From assembly GCF_006345805.1 (NCBI RefSeq), contig NC_043006.1, forward strand, positions 66,836,001 through 66,900,000: a stretch of DNA of 64,000 nucleotides. The letters are read 5' to 3'. The translations under genes were made by a program, and so were the position numbers. The stretch comes from Octopus sinensis (Eukaryota). The notes below the pieces were generated by a model that saw nothing but the letters and a program-made list of their open reading frames with translations, was not told the DNA's origin and searched no databases. Below, one piece after another: positions 39,011 to 52,426 of the stretch. Every line of letters begins with the position of its first letter. Positions within the stretch are counted from its first letter, which is position 1.

Positions 39011-39043
39011 GGTAAGAAGCTATTTACCACACAGCCACACCTG
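39011..39043 (-). mobile_element. 5' part of the split SINE head
   Basis: caggtgtggctgtgtggtaaatagcttcttacc matches the start of the SINE at 19125. Confidence 0.7.
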
Positions 39044-39752
39044 TCCATACTTCTAATATGCAATTCCGATTATCAACGTTGAAATATGAAATTAACGATC
39101 TCTGATGATGATTATGATGGGGCGTGGCTTTGTGGTTCGTTGCTTGCACCCAACATCATGAGATCATGGTTTCCATTCTCGATGCATTGGTTTCTTGAGA
39201 AAAGCACTTTGTTTCTCGTTACGTCAATCCATTCAGCTCTAAATGAATAACTATGCGACAGACTGACAATCTGTTCAGTGGTGGTGGGCAGGAATGCTGT
39301 GATATCAGTCATTTGTACGCCGTTGAAACTGGGTAAAGAGCCCCGTGGTTCTAGGACGCGTGACGGTAATGTCCAAATGTTGATGGTGAAAATGCACTAT
39401 GATGACGAAGCTCAAAGAAGCAAAATTACGTACTGAAGGATAGTATCACCGTTGTTTGACGGGCCACCGCAGATGCTGGTATATTCCTGAGTTTTGTAAC
39501 ACTACACTTCTATAATAGACGTTTTCTTGGGTCGAATACCGTAATTTAGAAGGCTTTCAACGTATATCCGCTTTTAGTGTGTTGTTGTTTTATATCGTGT
39601 CATGTTGTCTCCAACCTTGTGGTAGTCGTGGTAGCTGCTGGTGACTGAAAGTGTATTTCTAGGAATACGTGTACAGGAAATGAACAACACTCACAAACAA
39701 TCAACGGAAGCTTTATTTACTGAATATAATGTATTCTGTAGTATATTCTTAA

Positions 39753-39982
39753 TTCTTTATTGCCCACAAGGGACTAAAGATATAGGAGACAAACAAGAAC
39801 TGACAAAGGAATTAAGTCGATTACATCGACCCCAGTGCGTAATTGGTACTTAATTTATCAACCCCGAATGGATGAAAGGCAAAGTCGACCTCGGTGCAAT
39901 TTGAACTCAGAACGTAACGGCAGACGAAGTACTGCTAAGCATTTCGCCCGGCGTGCTAACGTTTCTGCCAGTTCGCCGCCTT
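39753..39982 (-). mobile_element. SINE (abundant atcgacccc family)
   Basis: Near-identical to 53743-53975. Confidence 0.85.
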
Positions 39983-41073
39983 CTGTAGTATATTTTGTGA
40001 TGGTCTTTTAACAGTTGTACTACCAGCAACAGTTACACACCGGGAGGGACTTGCTCCTGAGATCTATGACAATTGAGCTGGTACAGCCATTGCGGCTGGT
40101 TCATCGCAACTGGAAAATAATCGCTCTATATTTATGTCGATGACATCTCTGCTTTCTATCTTCCAACGGCTGGTGATGAAATGAGAATGGAGACATTCAG
40201 CGGTTGTCTCAACATTCTGGGGTTAAACACAAAACCACGTTTATACAGAGCTCACTGAGAAACTCCTAGATAGCTTAACGTTGATTGGTCGGTTAATCGG
40301 CTAAATCCCTTGATACTACTGCGGCTTGGCCATGCTGTCCTTTCAGCGATCCAGCGATTCGGCTTGGAATCTTCTACATTGTTTTACAGAATGCTATTTG
40401 GAACAAATATTCCATGAGTCGTTAAGAATGTATTATTTGCAAGTGAAAAATTGGCGAGGCCCAAAAATAGATGTTACTGATAACGACAGTAGAAAATAAA
40501 ATATATAATAGTTTGAAAAACGATAACAAAAATATGTATTATAGATATCATAAGTAGGTGTTTAGACATGAATTATAAATTATTTTAGGAGAAGGAAAAA
40601 TGGTGTTTTATATTTTTGTGGCAAGAAATTAGACGTCTCAGAAAAAAAAAAATATATATTCTATTTAGAGGCCAAAACAGTTTATTCTGCTGTCTTCGGT
40701 TCTGTTGAGGCAAAGGAAGAGGACTAGAGAAAACGTCGAATGCTGGAATGAGACGTAAGGGTTAACAGACGTTGGAAGAAGAAGAAGAAGAAGAAGAAGA
40801 AGAAGAAGAAGAAGAAGAAGAAGAAGACCAACAACAACAACAACAACAACAGCAGTAGCTGCAGCAAGAACAACAACGACGACTAAGAGAAGACGGCTGT
40901 CAAGGCGGGGAAATAAAATTCATAATTAATGTTTAAGCCACTGCTTACAGGTGCTATTTATATAATTAGTACGTTTTACCTTTCCAGAGTGTATACATAT
41001 GCGTATGTGTGTGTAGTCTTGTATGTCTGTTCGTCTGTCTGTATGCATATATATATATATATTTATATATATA

Positions 41074-41114
<41 letters not shown>

Positions 41115-41179
41115 GTAATATGTATATATATATATGTATATGTATATATATGTATATATGTATATATGTATATATTATG

Positions 41180-41210
<31 letters not shown>

Positions 41211-41713
41211 GTATATATGTATATAATGTATATATATATATGTGTATATGTATATATGTATATATATATGTATATGTATATATGTATATATATATCCGAA
41301 ACGGTAATTATTTCTACGCCAGCTGCTATGTTGTTGTTGTTTCTGTCTCATTTGTCTAAAGTCGTATGACAACCACCGTTATATATATTTTGTTTATTCA
41401 TTACTGTTTTCATTTCGTTTTCGTCTCTTGTATTTACATCCGTCTTGTGCGTTCACATTCCTGTCTTCTACCAAGAAATCTAATGCTTACAGCTTAGTTT
41501 TTTTTCTTGGGGCTGGCCGCGTTGGAGCAAATATCAGAATTGAACAGCCGAAATTTGCTACGATGATTCGGTGTCTGACTGAAGATTGAAGGCTTCGAAT
41601 GATTTGTCTGTGTTCCGTGTTCGTCCCTTCCTGTATTTCACGTTCATTATATATAAAAACATTCATTCTTATATATATATATATGTATATGTATATATGT
41701 ATATATCTATGCA

Positions 41714-41777
<64 letters not shown>

Positions 41778-41953
41778 ATATATATATATAGGGAGATTGT
41801 CTCTAGACATGCACGTATTATTCAAAATATTTTGATTCAGCTCCAAGCCACTTAAAGTTTCGCAGAAAGCTAACTCGTTTAGGCTCGAATTATATATCAC
41901 GTGTATATGTGTACATATATACATACATATGTATGTATGTTTATATATACATG

Positions 41954-41999
<46 letters not shown>

Positions 42000-42599
42000 T
42001 TTATATTATATATATTATTTATTAAAAGGTTACAACTCATGTATTACAGCGCTGCTAAAGTTTAATATGGTGAGAAGTCTCAAACATTCTTCAGGCGCAA
42101 ACCACATATCATAACGAACTAAAGAAATTGAATAATAGTTCGTTATGATATATAGATTATACCGGAAGAATATATATTTTTATTTCTTTTTATTTCATCT
42201 AGTTTCAGCTCACGAGCTGTGGCCATACTGGTGCACAGCATGTTTATTTTCCCAATATATGAAACTTTCAATACATGTATTGTGACCTTTAAATAAATAA
42301 AATAATTTCTCACCAGATGGTGTTCTTTTGTTGTTGAATTTTCTGTGTATGTATGTATATATGCATATATGTATAATATATATATATATATATTAATATA
42401 TATATATAATTATATATATATTATATATATATATATATATATAGGAGGTTATGAGAAGTAATGGTGTCATTAATATCCAAAGGTGTCAGGTAATGATGAG
42501 TAAGTTCTATGGACAGACCATATTTAATCTCCAGGTTTGGTGATTATGCGAATGAGTCAAACGTACGTCATGTATCAGCATGTTTATATATAATTTATT

Positions 42600-43190
42600 T
42601 TTCAGAATGCTGTGAAGATTATAGACCATAAATAGAAAGCCTTACAGCTGTTTCCAGGATATTTATTATATCCCTTCATCGGTGACGTGGGAGAGAATGG
42701 TTAAGCAATAGTTTATTTAGATAAGATACAAAATAGAGACTGTAGTGGAGGAATCAAAATAGATGTCAGATATGCAAGGATATTGTATTCGTAGATCCAT
42801 TATTTAGGCATACTGGTATACATGGCCACAGCATGGCCACAGCTCGTGAGCTGAAACTAGAATCAATCAATCAATATGATTCCAATACCTTGTTAGTAAA
42901 TTCCAATAGTATTTAAAATTGGTCATTCCAATACTATTGGATTTTACTCGCAAGGTATTGGAATCTTATACGTATACCATTAGGCCTAAATAATGGATTT
43001 ACGAATGCAATATCCCTGCGTATTTCACATCTGTTTTGATTCCTCCAATTCACTCTCTATTTCGTATCTTATCTAAATTAACAATGTTCTCACACCGTCT
43101 CCGATGAAGGGATATAATAAATATACCGCGAAGACCTATTTATAAATGTTCTAAAATCTTCACAGCCTTGTTTTTTTATTATCTCATTCT
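42600..43190. mobile_element. PLE-derived fold-back with hammerhead at 42639-42686 (minus) and a decayed mate at about 43097-43135
   Basis: CCGATGA-a-GGGATAtaataaaTATCCT-g-GAAA-CAGCTG-TA-aggc. The arms 42600-42775 and 43020-43170 are inverted. Confidence 0.7.
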
Positions 43191-43204
43191 TAATATATGC
43201 ATTA

Positions 43205-45397
43205 GAATTTTATTTTATCTAGTTTCATCTCAAGAGCTGTGGCCATGCTGGGGCACCGCCATTTGGTGTTGCTACATGATTTTACTTCACGAATGTTTTT
43301 TATCAATTGCCATTTGGTGCATGAGAGAGTTCGATGCAGCTGCCCTCATCTGCACCTCCTGCCGTGAAGTTGGTTCATCTGGGACACCTGACAGGAAGAG
43401 ATCCAGTTTTATTTTAAAGACATCTGCATCCACCCCATGCAGGTCTCTTAGGTTCTTCGGGAGGATATTGAAGAAAGAGCTGTGGGCCTCTGAGGCCCAG
43501 GCTATCACAGTATCTTGTCCTACATCTTGATGGCAAATTTGGAGTCCTTGGTACTATGCAGTGGCGCCCAGTTCTGGCATTTGTGTAACTCCCGATGCCA
43601 AAGTTTGGGACAAGTCCTTCTAGGATCTTCCATATGTATATTACGGCATATCTCTCTCGCCTACGCTCTAAGGAATAGAGTCTTAATCTTTTGAGTCTTT
43701 CCCAGTAGCTTATATGCTGCACAGAGGCTATCTTCTTCGTGTAGCTTCGTTGGATCGCCTCAAGTTCCGTGATTAACTTGACACTGGATGGTGACTATAG
43801 CTGAGAGCAATTGTCAAAGTGGCTTAGGACAAGTGTCCTCCAGAGGACCATCATGGTCTCCTGGTCTCTTGTTCTAAAGGTTCTAAGAGTCCATCCGGTC
43901 AGCCGCCTACATTTCATTGCCAATTTAGCAGCATGCACATGAAAGGTTGCATCATCACTCATGTAAATACCCAGATCTCGCACTGATTGTGCCTCTGGGA
44001 TTGCAATCCCTCTAGGTCCAGTGTATTTATTGGGTATTGCATTTAGTTTTGCATGCTGATAGCATAAAGCTTGAAACTTTTCAGCATTCAATTGCATGCT
44101 ATTCTTTTCAGCCCACTTGTATATTTTGTCCAGCTCACATTGCAGGTGCTTAGTGTCTCCAGGGTTCTGTATTGCCTGTGAAACTTTTGTATCATCTGCA
44201 TAACTTGTGATCGTGGCTCTCTGCGTGGCTGAGGGCATGTCTGAGAGGGCCATTATGAACATTAGTGGTCCCAAAACAGTGCCTTGCGGAACACCGCTCA
44301 CTATTTGCGTGTTAATGGCTACTACCACCTGACTTCTATCCTTCTGAAAGTCATGAAGCCATTCTCCCAATTTTCCAACTATGCCAAGATCACGCAGTTT
44401 GTGACATATTATTCCATGATCGACTTTATCAAAAGCCTTTGCAAAGTCGAGATATATGACTTCCACATTTGAGTGGTTGAGCAGTCGTTTCAGCACCCAG
44501 TCATAGTGTTGTAGGAGCTGAGTTAAGCAGCTTCTTCCTGGTCGGAGACCATGTTGGGTGTCAGGTAGCAAGTCATTTTCTTCAAGGAAGGTGATTAGTT
44601 TCCTTCTGACTATTCGTTCCATGAGCTTGCTGATGTGTGAGGTCAGAGAGATAGGTCTGTAGTTCTTGGCGCCGCTCTGCTACCTCCTTTATGAATAGGG
44701 CATATTTTACCTTCCTTCAGTTTTCTTGGAAGTTGCCAGTTCAAGGAAGCTCTGAAAGAGGAACTGCAGTGGTCTTGCTAGGATTCTCTTACATACTTTT
44801 AGAAGGTTGCTGGGAATCCATCAGAGCCAGTAGCTGAGTTTTTTCATTTCATCTATAGCCTTTATTAAATTCGTCTTCCTTTATATGATGTAATCAATTA
44901 TCGCTGCCTCTGATTTTATATCTGCAGTGGTAAAGAAGTCAGTTGGATTGCTGACTTGAAAATGCCCTAGGGGTGGAGTGAAAATACTCTTGAATTTCAC
45001 TTATCCTCATTGGATTTCACTTATCCTCATTGGATTTCCTGTGAGTGTGCCATCCTTTTCAAGGAGTGGCCCTATCCTACAGTGCACCGTAGCTGTTTCT
45101 TTGGCATACCTGTAGAAAGCTCTGCGGTTAGATTTTATGTTATCTATAGTCCAGGCTTCTTCGTCTGCTCTTTCTTTTCATGGGAGAGTTGCAGACATTT
45201 TTCAATTTCCAACAGTTTTATTTTCAGGCGGGACTTTTCATTGCGTAGTTCTTGGACTCCGCTCTGCTACATCCTTTATGAATAGGGCATATTTTACCTT
45301 CCTTCAGTTTTCTTGGAAATTTGCCAGTTGCAAGGAAGCTCTGAAAGAGAAACTGCATTTGTCTTGCTAGGACTCTCTTACATGCTTTTAGAAGGAT
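43205..45397 (-). mobile_element. 5'-truncated CR1-type LINE with intact 3' end
   Basis: EVIYLDFAKAFDKVDH, GVPQGTVLGPLMF, SYADDTK and LRLYSLERRRERY. 3' terminus ggcggtgccccagcatggccacagctc...gaaactag(ataaa)n. Confidence 0.92.
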
Positions 45398-46086
45398 ACA
45401 TATATACAAGTATACACATATGCAGAAGTAGCTATTGCCTGATCTACACACATTCACTTCTGTTAAATCCTTTTTTTTATGTTACAAATATTTTATCTAA
45501 CTTCTTTCTTTCTGTACCTAAATATAAATATCAAGTTGTTTGCGTTTAGTTGCTGCGCAGTTATCTCCTCTTTCTCCCTACTCTTTTTTCAAACGGGATG
45601 CAGGCTCCGGCATTGAATATGGTAACAATTTCCCCTAATTTCTATATCAGTTTTCGAATACCTCCGTTGTAAATATTCCAACAGGTTTTTCACATAAAAA
45701 TTTCATCTGGTGAACGAAATTTCTCATTACTTTGATAAGTTCACCGTATCCTCTGGCATGCAAGTGTCAACAAATAGCGTAAATAGTCAAACAAAGTCGC
45801 CATTTTTCCAAATCCTGTTACGTTTCACGCATAGTCTTGAATTCTGCAACAGCTTCTTGGTGCATACGTCGAACTGTACTTTCGACTTGAAGAATTCGAC
45901 TTGTGTGCCAGAAAATACGGTTTACACAGTGTATCACTCACGACGTTTTGAGAGGTCTTATTTCAGATGTTATAGTTTACAAATAGCATTTTATATATAT
46001 TCACACCCAGCCAGAAACATACATCAACACACATGTCATGATGCCTACATGCACAAACAGGTATATGAATATATAATGTATATATG

Positions 46087-46120
<34 letters not shown>

Positions 46121-47144
46121 ATATATATAATTATATATAATATTATATATATATATCTAATATATCGTATATATAATATATATATATATATCTGTATGTA
46201 AATATGTATTGTATAATATATATATATACATGCACATGCAGCGTTTGAATAAATGTAACCATGCACAAAACACATACAAATACACACACAAGTATACAAA
46301 AAAATTGCACACACGCGTACATGTATATGCATGTATGTGTGTGTGTGTGTGTGTGTGTATAGATAGATTGATAGATAGAAAGATACAGATACGTATGTTT
46401 TTATATACATATATATGTCTATATATGTTTATACATAGATACTTATACATGCATACATACACATATTTATATACATAAATATTCATAAGCACACACACTC
46501 ACACACACACACACACACACATAATACAAAGAAGTAATACCAAGAAAAAAAAAATGGAAGACAGATTAAGCGGTGTGGCATTCACTGCGTGAACGACCCA
46601 ACAAGAAAATCGACAAAGACAAATGATTGCGAGAGAAAAAGGATTGTGTTCACTGAAGCATGAAGAATTTTGGATGGTAAATTACCAAATAACACATCGG
46701 TAGCGTGGTATAGTGATTGATTGCCATTTCCAGGGTGATGAGGTGGCGGATTGGTGTTGTTGCTTATCATCTTCAAGGATCGTAATTTTGACCACGTTGT
46801 TGTGGAACGCCAGCCTTCATCCATATTCGAACACCTACGTACGTAATGATTACGGTAAATTACATGTGCACACATACACGCACACAAACATACACACACA
46901 CTCACACACAAACACACAAACACACACACACATATGAATAGATATATGCACACACCACGGGCACATGTGTGCGCATATTCATTATTTGCGTTTACTTTTT
47001 TATCTGCGAGTATAACTAACTTCACATATAGACATAAATATACATATTTGCATAGATATATACATATATATGCATACGTATATATATGTATATATATGTA
47101 TATGTATGTATGTTTGTATGTATATGTATATATATATATATAAC

Positions 47145-47340
47145 GGGAAGCTTTATGAAAATAAACACAAGGCGAAGCCAGGTGAATACAACAAACAATT
47201 GTATTAGTATGGCGCTCAGAATATAAATAAAACAAGTCTTTACGTTTCGAGCCTACGCTCTTCAACAGAAAGATACACAGAAAAGAAACACGGAAAGAAA
47301 CAAGGAGAGAAAAAAATGAGTGCAGAAGCTAGCGAATCAA
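47145..47340 (-). mobile_element. PLE pLTR fragment with CTGTTGA hammerhead-like motif at 47237-47272
   Basis: cttt-CTGTTGA-a-GAGCgtagGCTC-GAAA-CG-TA-aaga. Confidence 0.7.
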
Positions 47341-48109
47341 CATATATATATATCTTTATATAACAATTGCTGCGTGGAAGGTGTTTAGAAGCCGTTTAAA
47401 AACACACAAAAACACTTTTTGTGCTTTTAAATGGCTTATAAAAACCTTCCCCGCTGCAATTGTTTTCATTTTCCACCACACGATCTCAAATCAGGTCACT
47501 TGCCATGCGAATACATCTCCCTATATACACTAACACACACACACACACAAATATATATATATATATATATATTCTTTTATTTTGTAATTTGTTTCGACCA
47601 TGCAGCAGTGGTCATGCTGGAGCATATATATAAATAAGTAACTATTTTCATATATATTTATATCCATAAGTACACATGTGTGTAAATCGATTTACTGAAA
47701 AATATTTATATATATAAATAAATACGTATAGACAGACTTATAAATACATATAAAGATGCTGCAAAATACGTAAATTATGAATGTGTGTATACGTGTATGC
47801 GAGTGCGTACATGGTCTTATGCTAGTGTATACCTCGAGATGAATGCAATTATACGTGCTTACGTGTATGTGTATGGTCTCAGAAAACTACCCAAACAGCG
47901 ATCCTTCGAGCAGACGCAACCATTGAAGCAACACCAATCACTTCTTCGGTTATAGCAATTAATCGTATCTTTATTTTTATCTTCCCGCCAAAATTATTCA
48001 TGCTTCGGTGATGACAATCCTACCTGTCTTGAGGGTCCTGAGTCCTAGTTGTTATTTTTTTCTCCGAATCCGTCTCGTAGGGTTTGCCTCTGCTTTTATT
48101 TATGATCAC

Positions 48110-48154
<45 letters not shown>

Positions 48155-48188
48155 GTAGATGTGTATACATATCTACACGCGCGCACGT

Positions 48189-48221
<33 letters not shown>

Positions 48222-48524
48222 TTTGAAGAGAGTGTGAGAGAATTGCAATTATATACGTGTTTATGGACTGGAATGAAGGAAAAAAATGAAGGTAATTATA
48301 CACATTACACACACACCGATGCATACACACGCATATCCATGTATACACACACATATACACACACACATATACGGAGTAAAAACGTTTATTTTTAAGTGTA
48401 TTTTACCGAATTCTCTTCTGAACAATCAATCTCTCTGAAATGTATTTTCGTTTATCATTGTGAATAACCTAAAAATGATGAAACCGGTCAATTTAAAATT
48501 GCAATTCGGTTTGAGCGTCAGGTG

Positions 48525-49161
48525 CAGAAGAAGAAGAAGACGAAGAAGAAGAAGACGAAGAAGAAGAGGATGAGGAGGAAGAGGATAAGGAGGAAGAAGA
48601 AGAAGAGGAAGAGAGGAAGAGAGGAAGAGGAAGAGGAAGAAGAGGAAGAAGAAGTAGATGAAGAAGAAGAAGAAGACGAAGAAGAGGGAGAGGAAGAAGA
48701 GGAAGAAGAAGTAGAGGAGGTAGAGGAAGAGGAAGAGAGGAAGAGGAAGAGGAAGAGGAAGAAGAGGAAGAGGAAGAAGAAGAAGAGGAAGAAAAAAAGA
48801 GGAGAAGAAGAGAGAAGAAGAAGAAGAGGAAGAAGAAGAAGGAAGACGAAGAAGAAAAAAGAAGAAAAAGAAGGATAAGATGAAGAAGAAGAAAGACGTA
48901 AGAGGAAGTCGAAGAAGAAGAAGAGAGGACGTAGAAGAAGAGAAGAAGAAGAAGAAAAAAGAAGAAGAAGAAGAAAGAGTGAAAGAAGACGGGAATGGAG
49001 TGAAAGAAGACGGGAATGGAGTGAAAGAAGAGAAAGAAGAGGAGGAAGAAGAAATAGAAAAAGAAGCGGGGGAAGAAGAAATAGAAGAAAAAAAAGAAGT
49101 GAAAGAAGAAGAAGAAGAAGAAGAAGAAGAAGAAGAAGAAGAAGAAGAAGAAGAAGAAGAG
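48525..49161 (+). repeat. ~640-bp purine-rich (GAA/GAG)n compound tract with an internal 21-bp tandem unit
   Basis: Directly visible; gagtgaaagaagacgggaatg is repeated at about 48977-49030. Confidence 0.95.
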
Positions 49162-50274
49162 TAACTTAGTGGAAGAGGTGTCTTCTACGTAGTTAGTTGA
49201 CATGCTAGACACTTGTCAAATCTTCCTCAAATTACACGCTATTGTTTTCAAAAGGGAGACAAGCACTGAAATTGATATAGTGCACGGGAAAATATGGAAT
49301 AACTATGATTTGATCGTAAGTCATACTTGGTTATGTCTGCTTCTCAGTTATAGTTGGTGTGGACCTAATCCGCAACAACATCATGACCAACACCATCACC
49401 AACACCAACATCAACAACAACTGCAACAACTACGAGTTTTTAACAACATATTTCGGTTATTATGCAATCCAATATGTCGACTGATTTTTCTAGCCTCAAT
49501 TTCGCACCAGCTTAAATTTTAATCAATGTTAATGGCTGCAACATCCTATTTAGGAGGGCATGCATCTAAATACTTATTTCACTCACACTTCTTTGCACGG
49601 AATTGACGAGTAAATGTTGAAATCGTGTAATGAATAAAGTCAATATGCATTAAACGTCGCTTATGCAAATAGATTCGGTCAAATGTGCCAATGTTAGTTT
49701 GTCATGATGAAAGAAATCATGTATAAAACCTTGCTTGTACTGCAAATTGTTGATTACTAGCCATTATTTAGACACAGGGTGACGAGTGCTGCTTTAGTAT
49801 AAGAGATAAACTCTAAATATTTCGTGACCGTCCATCTTCGTTTGAAAGGCAATTCAGTTAACACGTCGATAACATTACAAAATGTGTCTCTGAAATGCTT
49901 AGATTTATTCTTCCGGCCCTGAAAATAAATACTTCGGGAATTAGTAACTGACATTCTACCAGGTTCTCGTGCTTCTAGTCACATAAAAGTGATACTGTTG
50001 CACACCATACTTTCCTCGCTTTGTTATTGCATCTCAAACTTGATGCAATACAAATCCTCACATTATAAGAAAGAAAAAAAACTTCTCTTTAATAATCTTC
50101 TTTGGTTTCAACTTGAGCTCCAGCACGCTGGTGCTTCAAACTCTTACAGATGTAAGTCTGCAGGAATTGAACCCGAGTATAAAACATAGGAGTTATTCGT
50201 CTGGCAGGAATTACAAGGTCCATGGGCACCGACATATCGTGTTGTTCGATTGAATAAAAATTCAAAGTAGAGAT

Positions 50275-50443
50275 CAGTGGTTTGCAACCGTAGCTCCCAG
50301 TGCCTCATGCGACGCTCAAGTACCTTCTTGGCGACCTCTGACGCTCTTCCTTCGATAAAAATAATTTTTTTTTCTTTGAGCTGTTTTATTTTCTTTTGTG
50401 ATTTGGTTCTGGACCGGATATTAAAAAAGGCCGAGAACCACTG
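50275..50443. mobile_element. Decayed hAT (Charlie-like) MITE, 169 bp
   Basis: Termini CAGTGGTT / AACCACTG. The flanks gtagagat and ataaagac match at 5 of 8 positions and differ only by transitions. Confidence 0.45.
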
Positions 50444-51153
50444 ATAAAGACACGGTACAACACATTTCTTGGGAGCTCACTTTTGTCAATCACATCTATT
50501 CCAGTGTTACATTTAATCGGCTCTGAATGAATAAAAAGTAAAATCGCAGTTCGACAGATTTGAACTCAAAACGTATGAAATTAAATACGCTAAACAGTCT
50601 ACCACTTGCCACCAACCCTGCAGTTAAACTGTAAGTTGTAACAGTGAAATGAAATAAGTAGCGTTGTGGGAGAAATGTGTAAGTGGTATCTTTTCTGCTG
50701 AATGCCTGAATGTTTGGGATTTGGGATCCAGTGAATTCCATTAACCCCAGTGTTCAATTGGTATTTGGTTTTTTAACCACGAAAAATGAAAGACGAAGGG
50801 GAACTCGGCGGAATTTTGAGTCAGCTACAGCAGATACAAGTATTTGCATAATCAGTTTTTATCGCTCTCATATATACAGACAATAAATTCAACCTCTGTG
50901 AGATTTGTGGACAGCCATCAAAAAGCAGGCTTATGGTCAGGGGGCCAAGAACTCTGGAGGTCTCCACTGCCACAAGCTCGACCATAAACCGATTCCATGA
51001 CAGTTTCTTTTTCTCAGTCTGATGAGCCGTGGAACCTGGGCTGGAACCAAGTTGCTGCTGAAGAAGGCGTCATAACATATGGCATCCAAATGAGGGGCCT
51101 AGCGCAACAGAAGGGGAAAGTTGCCATAGCGTCCCCGAAAATATGAAAAGTAA

Positions 51154-51455
51154 TGTCGACATGGGTGGAATATGAACTCAGAGCGTAAAGACGGACAAAA
51201 TGCCGTTAAGCATTTTGTCCGCACAGTAACGATTATGACACCCTTGAATACTGCTGCCCTAATTAATCTTTTGTATTATAGGCACAAGGCCTGCAATATT
51301 GGGAGGAAAGGCAAGGTTGATTACATCATCGACCCCAGTACTAGACTGGTACTTAATTTATCGACGCCCAAAAGTATGAAAGGAACTCAGATCGTAAAGA
51401 CGGACGAAATATCATTAAGCATTTTGTCCGGCACGGTAACGATTCTACCAGTTCA
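51154..51455 (-). mobile_element. Two diverged SINE fragments
   Basis: gaactcagagcgtaaagacggac...aagcattttgtccgg occurs twice. Confidence 0.65.
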
Positions 51456-52363
51456 TCACTTTAAATGCTGCTGCTCTAATTAATAACACCAAGAAAATGG
51501 ACAAGTCTGCAGAAGCCGTGGTCCAGATTATAATAAAGTTGTTTAACATTTATTTACATATCAAAACTGTCTAAGTTCAAACTGCACTTTAGAATGCGAT
51601 AAAACAGGATGTGGCCGCAGCAAAAGTTCATTTCATTGTAATTTTATGTACGTACACTTCCTGATCTTGACCTGAGGGCAGCTACAATTATAGATCTTGC
51701 GCACGCATACATATATGAAATACACCGATACAATTATGTAGGTATAAATGTATCTTTGCACAGACTCACACACACATATGTGCCGATATGAACAAACCCA
51801 TGTATGTATGTAAACAGTATTCCTTACGTGTGTACGCATTCTGCTTCAAGAAATGTTTGAATTCCTCCAATCAAATCGTTTCTTATTGACGTGCTTGACA
51901 ATTTAATTTGCGTGGTATCGACCTCGTTCGGGTATTGGCTGCGGACCAATTATTGTCTAAACGTTGTTCAACTCTGTAGATTCTAGAAGAGTGTTAATGA
52001 TTTTATCGGCCCCGAAGCAATTGAAAATAAAGTTGGCCAAACCAGAGTTTGAATTCGGGACTTACAGGTACAGAATTTTAAGTAGTTTTGTCTAATGCCT
52101 TTAGTTCATCGTAAAACACACCAGATACACACCTACACACATACACATACATCAGCACACCACCATCACCATCACCATCATCACCACCATCACCACATTC
52201 ACACACATACACACACAATTACATATACATATATATACACATCCACTCTCTCACAGTAGCGAAACTACAATATGTCAGAGTATGTATATATATGTATGTA
52301 TGTATATGTCTGTGAGTGTATACGTGAGAGCACTGTGTTTGTGTGTGTGTGTTTATACACACA

Positions 52364-52426
<63 letters not shown>

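Noticed and set aside
48493-49212. E/K/R-rich or F/S/L-rich ORFs of 94-239 aa
   Set aside because: Compound GAA/GAG repeat, open in several frames and on both strands, with no unique coding context.
49254-49320. Isolated ag...|gtaagt exon-like segments (also near 12145)
   Set aside because: No recognisable peptide, and such motifs are expected by chance in 64 kb.
51020-51050. CTGATGA-GCC...GGC motif (also a lone CTGATGA near 2777)
   Set aside because: No correctly placed GAAA, stem III or stem I.
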